The position numbers and the translations under genes were made by a program. From a bacterium (GTDB taxonomy: Bacteria; Electryoneota; AABM5-125-24; Hatepunaeales; Hatepunaeaceae), in contig JABMRV010000161.1 of assembly GCA_013202285.1 (NCBI GenBank), positions 1 to 62,333 of the forward strand: a stretch of 62,333 bases of DNA, read 5' to 3'. How positions within the stretch are numbered: the stretch's first letter is position 1; each line of letters starts with the position of its first letter. Shown here piece by piece: positions 1-6,911 of this stretch. The notes under the pieces were generated by a model that ran no database searches, was not told the DNA's origin, and saw only the letters and a program-made list of their open reading frames with translations.

Positions 1-34
1 AACTTGTCTGGATTCCCGCCTGCGCGGGAATGAC
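1..34 (-). repeat. Family-1 REP-like palindromic intergenic repeat, inverted copy, cut by window edge
   Basis: AACTTGTCTGGATTCCCGCCTGCGCGGGAATGAC is the exact reverse complement of GTCATTCCCGCGCAGGCGGGAATCCAGACAAGTT seen at 51631, 57452 and 61984. It contains the 8-bp stem ATTCCCGC/GCGGGAAT. Confidence 0.85.
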
Positions 35-70
35 AAAATGAATACTTTTTCAGCAGAAACTAAAAATAAA

Positions 71-1939
71 TCAGCCTAACTTCCATCTGTTTAACTTTTC
101 AACTCTGTCAGTTTCATCTCGTCTCAGATGGAACGGTCTGCCTCTGGTATCGATCACTAACCCGACAACGCCTCCGTGGAGAACCCGTTCGACAGCTTTT
201 CCCGGTCCCTCACCCATGTCGAATCCCCTGCTCGGTTTGATATGTGCACGTATAGATTTACCGAGTTCAAAAGGAATCAGCTTGAGTTCACCGGCTTTGA
301 CAGAGATGTCGATTTCCTCACCATCTTCACTCTTGCCTGAGATATGGATAGAGTCTTTTCCAATCTTGGGTTTGCCAACGGGTGCAACACAACTACCGAG
401 GTGGATCAGGCAGTCCTTCTCAAACACATCGGTAGCTGCCTTTTCATTGACCGTAGCCAGCACACCCAACTGTGGCATCATGAAGATCGAGTCGACTGCC
501 AGCCGCGTGACTCCTTCCGGCTGGAAGGCATCGATTAACATCTGAGCAGCCTGGGAGCGCAGCGGTGCATGGGACAGAACGCCGCCGGAACCGACGAGCA
601 GATTGAGTGACATCATGTCCACCAGTGTTTCTCCGGATATTGTCTGCTCGAAGGCATCCGATATTGAGCGTTCCTGTTGGACGCCCTTCAAGCCGACAGC
701 GAACGATTTGTGCTGGATGAATGCCAGTCTTAACGCTTCTCTGGCGATAGCCTGCTCGATCTGTAGGTCTTCAAGCGTCTGGGGTATCGTTGTCGGGCGG
801 ATCATCTTGTTGCCGATCCGATCCCTCAGCACCTCTGAGCTGATGTCGAACGGTACCCAGCGCATGATGTTGTCGAATCCGGCTTCCGCGAGTACGTTGG
901 AGACCGAGTAGCTCATGCCGAGATTAGCGGAAACTGTGCGGTTGAAGACTCCGCCGAAAACGGAGAATATATCTGTTGTAGCACCCCCGATATCCACGCC
1001 GACCAGTTCGATATTGTGATTCCTGGCGATGGTTTCCATAATCGCGCCGACTGCGCCGGGAGTGGGCATGATGGGAGCATCCGTCCATGACATCAGCTTG
1101 CTGTAACCTGGAGCCTGAGCCATGACATGTTCCATGAACAGGTCGTGGATCTTGTCACGAGCCGGTCCGAGGTTTTCGGTTTCCAGTACCGGTCGGATGT
1201 TCTCGGTCAGTTGCAGATCGACCATTTCTTCGAGTACTTTTGCGACATCCTCGCGTGCCATTTCATTGCCGGCAAAGATGACCGGCAGTTTGTAACTACT
1301 GCCGAGGCGCGGTCTCGGTTTGGCTGCTGCTATCAGTTCGGCGAGTTCGACGACGTGCTTGGTCGTTCCACCGTCGATGCCTCCTGACAGCAGAATCATA
1401 TCGGGACGCAGGCGGCGGATGCGTTCTATCTTTTCATGCGCCAGCCGCCCGTCGTTTGAAGCTAATACGTCCATGACGATAGAACCGGCGCCGAGCGCGG
1501 CTCGTTCGGCTGACTCGGCGGTCATGGACATCACCACTCCGGAGACCATCATCTGCAAACCGCCTCCGGCGGAGGAAGTTGAGATATATATGTCGGTGCC
1601 TTTGCCGTTATTTTCCGGACGAATGATGGTCTCATCATCAGACACGAAGGACTTTCCGGACAGTTCTTCGACTTCATGCACGGCGTTCAGCACGCCTTTG
1701 GTAACGTCCTCGAACGGTGCTTCAACGGTCGTAGGCGCTTCGCCCCTGACAACCAGTCTATATTCTCCCGCCTCCTGCTGTTCGATGAGGATCGCCTTGG
1801 TCGTCGTCGAACCGCAGTCGGTGGCGAGGATGGTTTTGGGGTTGTTACCTGTATCCAAGCTGGATCGTGTTTGCAAGTTTGTCAATATCCTCTTATAAAT
1901 GGAATCACTTGAAATCCTCCCGTTCCGGATGAAAGACAT
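71..1939 (-). CDS. GlmL/MutL-like (glutamate-mutase accessory protein family) ASKHA-fold ATPase
   Basis: 622-aa ORF with two actin/Hsp70-like phosphate-binding motifs (ATDCGSTTTKA, VGVDIGGATTD). Overall resemblance to the GlmL/MutL family. Its start lies 17 nt downstream of the DprA-like gene stop. Confidence 0.7.
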   Translation of the reverse strand: MSFIRNGRISSDSIYKRILTNLQTRSSLDTGNNPKTILATDCGSTTTKAILIEQQEAGEYRLVVRGEAPTTVEAPFEDVTKGVLNAVHEVEELSGKSFVSDDETIIRPENNGKGTDIYISTSSAGGGLQMMVSGVVMSMTAESAERAALGAGSIVMDVLASNDGRLAHEKIERIRRLRPDMILLSGGIDGGTTKHVVELAELIAAAKPRPRLGSSYKLPVIFAGNEMAREDVAKVLEEMVDLQLTENIRPVLETENLGPARDKIHDLFMEHVMAQAPGYSKLMSWTDAPIMPTPGAVGAIMETIARNHNIELVGVDIGGATTDIFSVFGGVFNRTVSANLGMSYSVSNVLAEAGFDNIMRWVPFDISSEVLRDRIGNKMIRPTTIPQTLEDLQIEQAIAREALRLAFIQHKSFAVGLKGVQQERSISDAFEQTISGETLVDMMSLNLLVGSGGVLSHAPLRSQAAQMLIDAFQPEGVTRLAVDSIFMMPQLGVLATVNEKAATDVFEKDCLIHLGSCVAPVGKPKIGKDSIHISGKSEDGEEIDISVKAGELKLIPFELGKSIRAHIKPSRGFDMGEGPGKAVERVLHGGVVGLVIDTRGRPFHLRRDETDRVEKLNRWKLG

Positions 1940-1956
1940 CGATTATCCTGCAGTAG

Positions 1957-2919
1957 TTAATCAAAGATGCTTTCCTGTTGACCATAATCTATTTGTTCTG
2001 CTGTCTTTTCCAATAAAATGGTCGGATTCTCCAATGCCGCATTCGGAAATTCACTTCCCCATCCCATCCTTATCATGCTACGATTGCCTGGAATGTCGGC
2101 ATCGCGGACGAACAACGGCACGCGCCAGTGACGGTGGTTTTCATCTGCGCCCGCCCAAGTTCCGCCTTTGTTCTCCTCAGAACTCACGATAACCGCCGCT
2201 TGCGCCAGTCCGTATATCATCTTGTTGCGTTCCATCGCGCCACCCACGCTGAAAGGAGTATCCGGTTTACGCAGCGTAATCATCGTCAATCGTCCCGTTT
2301 CGAGCATATCGCGGAGTTCAGGTACAGCCGAGTTCCGCGCCAGATCACCGGCAAGCACGCCGATGACCTCGCCCCCGTTTTCCAGCGCCCCTCTCATAGT
2401 CCAACTGTCCGAGCCGCGAGCTCCGCCGGAGATTATCGTCAATTCGTTGCGCGCACATGATTCGCCGAACTGAAAAGCGAATTCTTCGCCATCCTGGTCG
2501 ATGTTTCGAGAACCCACCACTGCGATGCCGGGTGTATTTAATAGGTTTTGATCGCCCGCGCCGAACAGCAGCAGGGGAGCTTTACGTTCCAGCGTTTCTA
2601 TTGCCCTGTCGGGGTATGCGTCGTCCTCGCGACTGATTATCCAAAATCCGCTGCTGAGCCATGATTCTACACTCAGCGCCAGCTCGCCGCCACGGTTCAG
2701 TAGGTCTTGCAACCTGTCCGGTGTAATGCCTGAAACCGGCAGTTCTGCGTACTTTCCAATGGTAGATATTTCAAGCAGTTCCGATGGTTTCATATCCCGT
2801 TCGTTCAACCAGCCCGACAGTGCGTTGTATTCCGATAAGGACAACGGTTGGTTGTGATTGTCGTCGCCTAACCTGCCGCATAATAATAGAACGGTCTGTG
2901 TTTCCAATGTCAGGTTCAA
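1957..2919 (-). CDS. DprA/Smf-like Rossmann-fold protein (PsyrA/ShosA-like putative antitoxin)
   Basis: 320-aa ORF with the DprA core GIAVVGSRN...TIISGGARGSDS...VIGVLAGDL. A 4-nt ATGA-type overlap (2916-2919) links it to the upstream helicase-PRTase gene. Confidence 0.8.
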   Translation of the reverse strand: MNLTLETQTVLLLCGRLGDDNHNQPLSLSEYNALSGWLNERDMKPSELLEISTIGKYAELPVSGITPDRLQDLLNRGGELALSVESWLSSGFWIISREDDAYPDRAIETLERKAPLLLFGAGDQNLLNTPGIAVVGSRNIDQDGEEFAFQFGESCARNELTIISGGARGSDSWTMRGALENGGEVIGVLAGDLARNSAVPELRDMLETGRLTMITLRKPDTPFSVGGAMERNKMIYGLAQAAVIVSSEENKGGTWAGADENHRHWRVPLFVRDADIPGNRSMIRMGWGSEFPNAALENPTILLEKTAEQIDYGQQESIFD

Positions 2920-4241
2920 TTGCGAATCCCCTTCGAGGTTCGCGCCAGGGCGAATGGAAACACCGCTCCGGATCCAGCGCGTCGTAGTTCCAATCCGGCG
3001 ATGGCGAGCGTCCAGCCGGAATCGACCATGTCATCGATAAGTAATACAGCTCTGCCGGTTGCCCCCTTCAATTCCTTAATCTCAAGCGATCCAACTAAGT
3101 TGTTCGCCTGATAATATGAGTTCTCCATCTCTTTTTGTGGTAAGGTGTCTTTTACTTTCCTGATATAGTTTTTCCCGTAAGGTATTCCCAATTTGGCACA
3201 TAGCCTCCTCGCCAGGTCTGTAACCAGGTGGGGATGTCGTGTTGACGGTATCGACGTACCCCATTCAGGAAACGGTTTGGGACGCCATCGCTCTCGGATC
3301 ATCTGGGCTGCGTCGTCGATAAGCTGTCCGTCGAATCTACCGAGTATGTACTTGCCTTGTTTTACCAGTTCGCCCAGACCCGGATCACCCCAGCGGCATA
3401 GGATGCGACCGGTTTCATTGCGCCACTCTTCTGGAATTTTGGATCCGGATATACCGTATATTTCCAAAACTCCCGCTGGAGCCATCTTACGAGCCTTGAG
3501 CGGCATTTCGAGGCGACTTAGAAAAACCTGCGCTCGTTTTAAGGTTTCCTCATGATATTCGGTAGGGACAATATCCTCACCACGGCAGTTTGCGCAGACA
3601 CCACAGGGTTCCGGTTCAGGGTCGTTAAGTTCCCGAATTAAAAAAACCATCAAACATTCGTGGCAGTTCATATACTGGAGCATTCGCTCCCGCTCCATAT
3701 CGCGCTGCCGCTTCAGGCGTTCGATGCGGTCAGTGTCCGGCTGGTATGACACCGGTGTCCGGAACCATTTACGCCCCATTAGATTGACAGGTTGTGGTGT
3801 TTCCACGCTTAACACCTTTAGAACGTGCTCCATCTCCCCTGCCGATATGTTGACCTTGCCATGCAATTCATGTTGTGTAAGCCCATCCCGGGTGTCTTCA
3901 AGCGCTTTTATAACCTCCTGAATGGCAGACAAGGGAGGCATGGCGGTACCCTGGAAATAATCGAGGATATCCTGGTCCTCCGCACCCTGGAAGAGGATAC
4001 CGTAAGCATTATCCACAGCCCGCCCGGCGCGTCCAACTTGCTGGTAATAGTGCACCACCGATCCGGGCGTCTGGTAGTGAATTACGAATCCCAAGTCTGG
4101 TTTGTCAAATCCCATTCCCAGCGCTGTCGTCGCCACCATTGCCTTTATTTCATTGCGGAGCAACCGTTGCTCCAGAGACGCTCGCAAACCGGTACCCCTC
4201 CGTGTCCACCTCGCTGTGATATGATACGGCTTCGATGCCAT
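2916..4241 (-). CDS. RecQ-family helicase::phosphoribosyltransferase fusion, C-terminal fragment (helicase C-domain, Cys-rich region, PRTase domain)
   Basis: 441-aa ORF. Real homology begins at LEQRLLRNEIKAMVATTALGMGFDKPD, followed by motif VI QQVGRAGR and the Cys cluster CHEC...CGVCANC. The C-terminal PRPP-binding signature is VLLIDDMVDSGWT. The N-terminal ~20 residues are an out-of-frame artefact of the frameshift. Confidence 0.85.
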   Translation of the reverse strand: MASKPYHITARWTRRGTGLRASLEQRLLRNEIKAMVATTALGMGFDKPDLGFVIHYQTPGSVVHYYQQVGRAGRAVDNAYGILFQGAEDQDILDYFQGTAMPPLSAIQEVIKALEDTRDGLTQHELHGKVNISAGEMEHVLKVLSVETPQPVNLMGRKWFRTPVSYQPDTDRIERLKRQRDMERERMLQYMNCHECLMVFLIRELNDPEPEPCGVCANCRGEDIVPTEYHEETLKRAQVFLSRLEMPLKARKMAPAGVLEIYGISGSKIPEEWRNETGRILCRWGDPGLGELVKQGKYILGRFDGQLIDDAAQMIRERWRPKPFPEWGTSIPSTRHPHLVTDLARRLCAKLGIPYGKNYIRKVKDTLPQKEMENSYYQANNLVGSLEIKELKGATGRAVLLIDDMVDSGWTLAIAGLELRRAGSGAVFPFALARTSKGIRN

Positions 4242-5028
4242 TCTGCTTCAGCCAATCCGCTGTTCGGTCGGCGTCGTGCTTGGTAAGTGTGTAGATTATA
4301 CCTGACCCCGGCAGTCCGGGTAGATTGTCCGCCAGCCATGCCAACCGCGCCGCCGGGTCGAGCAGGCAGATGTTCTGCAGCATCAGCGATTCGCGCTTTA
4401 AGGGACCCCTTCGTACGTCGATCCCACCGCCGAACTGTTCGACAATATCCGTGATGACCCGGTCATTGGCGGTAGCAGTTGTAGCGAGCAGCGGTACATT
4501 GGGGGGCAGAGCCTTGATTATTCTCCCGATGCGCCGGTAGTCAGGGCGGAAGTCGTGACCCCAATCTGATATGCAATGAGCTTCGTCCACCACGAACAGA
4601 CCTGTCTGCTGCGCCATAGGCAGTAGATACTCACGTCTAAACCTTTCATTCGCAAGCCGTTCCGGCGCTACCATGAGCAGGTCGATTTCGTTATTGTTTA
4701 TTTGTCCCTTAATGCCTTCCCAATCAGCACGGTTTTCCGAGTTGATAGTAGCAGCGGTAATAAGCAGCGAACCGGCGCTATCTATTTGATTGCGCATTAA
4801 TGAGAGCAGGGGTGAAATGAGCAGTGTCGGTCCTGAGCCTCTATCCCTCAGAAACCGTGTAGCGAGAAAATATACAATGCTCTTTCCCCACCCCGTCTGT
4901 TGTACCAGCAGCAGTTTCCCATGCCGGTTGACCAGATCGTCGACTGCCTCCCATTGCCCCGGGCGAAAATTGGCTTCGGGATTCCCAAGGGCTGATTTTA
5001 GGGCAGAAAGCGCTTCGTCTTGCTTCAA
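4150..5028 (-). CDS. RecQ-family helicase, N-terminal fragment (DEAH ATPase domain), separated from the rest by a frameshift
   Basis: 292-aa ORF with a TTG start. Walker A is QQTGWGKS and the RecQ-type DEAH box is VVDEAHCISDWGHDFRPDYRR. After AVSYHSEVDTEG the frame runs into a short nonsense tail, and the continuation is in the frame of 2916..4241. Confidence 0.85.
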   Translation of the reverse strand: MKQDEALSALKSALGNPEANFRPGQWEAVDDLVNRHGKLLLVQQTGWGKSIVYFLATRFLRDRGSGPTLLISPLLSLMRNQIDSAGSLLITAATINSENRADWEGIKGQINNNEIDLLMVAPERLANERFRREYLLPMAQQTGLFVVDEAHCISDWGHDFRPDYRRIGRIIKALPPNVPLLATTATANDRVITDIVEQFGGGIDVRRGPLKRESLMLQNICLLDPAARLAWLADNLPGLPGSGIIYTLTKHDADRTADWLKQNGIEAVSYHSEVDTEGYRFASVSGATVAPQ

Positions 5029-5185
5029 TTTGTCAATTAATTAATCTGTCTTCAATTATCTATTAAATCAGTCAGTGTGGCATACCATCGGAGAATTACA
5101 ATGTTATCTCTTTTCCCTCATCCTTCCCACACCACTAACAACCTCCTCAACGCTACGATCTGGGCGGAAAGGTAATACAAGCCGC

Positions 5186-5575
5186 CTATCTCTTCGCCAA
5201 CTCAGTAATTTCCAAAGCAGTATCGAATAACTGCATGATTTCATCAGGTTTGAAATGGGACTCCGGTAATGGTGGATACCGATGCTTGAAGTAAAACGCT
5301 GATATGGTTCGTCCAAAGCGATAATACTTCTCAAATGTCTTATCGTATCCGGCAGCTTTGTCCATCAAGTATTCATTATCGTGTGTTTTTATCAGTTCCC
5401 ATCCTCTGTGGATAAGATATCCTTTTAGATACTTTTCAACAGCCTGCTGAATATGCGTCGCCACCACATCCTCAAGACCCTTGCGAGTCAACAGAATACG
5501 TGCGCTTTCCAAGTCACGCTCAGCGTATTCAAACCACTCGTTGCGTTCTTTTTCTTTTTCGTCCATCTCGTTCAT
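5186..5575 (-). CDS. HEPN domain protein (toxin-type partner of MNT)
   Basis: 129-aa all-helical ORF with the conserved C-terminal KHRYPP segment of the MNT-associated HEPN family. It overlaps the upstream MNT gene. Confidence 0.75.
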   Translation of the reverse strand: MNEMDEKEKERNEWFEYAERDLESARILLTRKGLEDVVATHIQQAVEKYLKGYLIHRGWELIKTHDNEYLMDKAAGYDKTFEKYYRFGRTISAFYFKHRYPPLPESHFKPDEIMQLFDTALEITELAKR

Positions 5576-5912
5576 ACAACATCCTGCCCTTTGTAACTAT
5601 CTCATTCAAGAAGGCATCGCCTCTGCCCAACCTCTCTTTTATTTCTGAGGGTGTATAAACATTAGGCGATACCGGAATTCCCCGCTGTGGATCGAAGATT
5701 ATCTCCTTGACCTTTACGAATCGATCCACCCAGCGAAGTGCCGTCTCCTTCACAATAAACAGATCAATATCGCTGTGCCGCGTCGGATTACCCCATGCGT
5801 AGGAACCGTAGAGAATGATCCTCTCCGGATGGTAATCACGCTTGAGCTTTTCGACTATGTCGTCCAGGATTTTATCTATATCGTGATTCAAATATGTTTC
5901 CTCATCCTTCAT
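5529..5912 (-). CDS. Minimal nucleotidyltransferase (MNT) domain protein
   Basis: 127-aa ORF with the pol-beta-type NTase motif RIILYGSYAWGNPTRHSDIDLFIV. It sits directly upstream of the HEPN gene. Confidence 0.85.
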   Translation of the reverse strand: MKDEETYLNHDIDKILDDIVEKLKRDYHPERIILYGSYAWGNPTRHSDIDLFIVKETALRWVDRFVKVKEIIFDPQRGIPVSPNVYTPSEIKERLGRGDAFLNEIVTKGRMLYERDGRKRKRTQRVV

Positions 5913-5915
5913 CCT

Positions 5916-6332
5916 TCATATATCTCGTCCATCGCTCTTCTTCTCCTTTTCTGAAGCCCTGCGCTGTTTTTTCTCCTCACGACGCTGCCGACGCTGCGCC
6001 TTGTGTTCTTTCCGTAATTTTTCCTCCGCCGCCAGCACATCTCCCTCCCGTTTCTCGATCAGATCGAGGAAGTAGGCTATCGATTCGCGTCTCTCCAGTA
6101 CCAGCTGAAGTTCATCCCATTCGGGAAGCCCGAAGAAACCCCTTACAATCGGTGCAAAGAAGACCATCACCTGGCTGCCGATATAGTTCATCGGTCGTAC
6201 CGATTCGAGGAACAGGATTGCCGGTACGGTCATCCGCAGTTTAACGACTCTGTCAGCTAATTTATCGAGCAGCTCACGCTGGCTGTCGGTCAACTCATCG
6301 GCAAAGGAAGCCGGAATGTTCTCACCGGTCAT
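5916..6332 (-). CDS. Hypothetical small protein (hydrophobic core, highly basic/acidic Lys-Arg-Glu tail)
   Basis: 138-aa ORF. ATGA overlap with the upstream gene (6329-6332), and only 3 nt before the MNT start. No family recognised. Confidence 0.5.
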   Translation of the reverse strand: MTGENIPASFADELTDSQRELLDKLADRVVKLRMTVPAILFLESVRPMNYIGSQVMVFFAPIVRGFFGLPEWDELQLVLERRESIAYFLDLIEKREGDVLAAEEKLRKEHKAQRRQRREEKKQRRASEKEKKSDGRDI

Positions 6333-6811
6333 GACGAATCGCCCTCGTTTTCAACAAGTGAGGTTGGTTCAGTTTCAGGCAGCCCTTTGACTTCAGGTGA
6401 GTATTTCCTGATTATCTCGATAATCCTGTCCCGGTTGTCCCGGTACGGCAGATATAACCCGCGAAAGTTTTCCAATCGCGATTTGACCGGAAAGGGGGAG
6501 AGGAATATGCCATCTTTTTCATCATTGATCGATCTTATTCGATCCCATCCGATTTTACGATTGAACAGCCATCGGTTCATGCTGGCGCCGCTGTCGTTAA
6601 TAATATAGGTTGTCGGCAGAAAGAAAGAAGTCAGCGAAATGAGCAGTATCAAAGCCGCGCCTATCGTGAACAGGATACTGCCGATGTTCCAGTACACCGC
6701 CCATATAGTTATAATCACCACCGACCAGAAGAGTATTCCTTTCATCGGGCTTTCGCGCATGGGAAAGGCAGTGTATCTGTATTCAGCGGTGTTTTTATTG
6801 ACTTCTTCCAT
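6329..6811 (-). CDS. Hypothetical 2-TM membrane protein with a possible PH-like C-terminal domain
   Basis: 160-aa ORF. Two hydrophobic helices (GILFWSVVIITIWAVYW, ILFTIGAALILLISLTSFF) are followed by a soluble ~80-aa domain. Confidence 0.5.
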   Translation of the reverse strand: MEEVNKNTAEYRYTAFPMRESPMKGILFWSVVIITIWAVYWNIGSILFTIGAALILLISLTSFFLPTTYIINDSGASMNRWLFNRKIGWDRIRSINDEKDGIFLSPFPVKSRLENFRGLYLPYRDNRDRIIEIIRKYSPEVKGLPETEPTSLVENEGDSS

Positions 6812-6911
6812 CTGTCCTCAAGATGAGAATCCTCAAAACTGCTCAACTTATCTAATATATCTCTGCTCCCATATCAAGTCAAGCGATAAGTCCGGATATC
6901 AATCAACCTTC

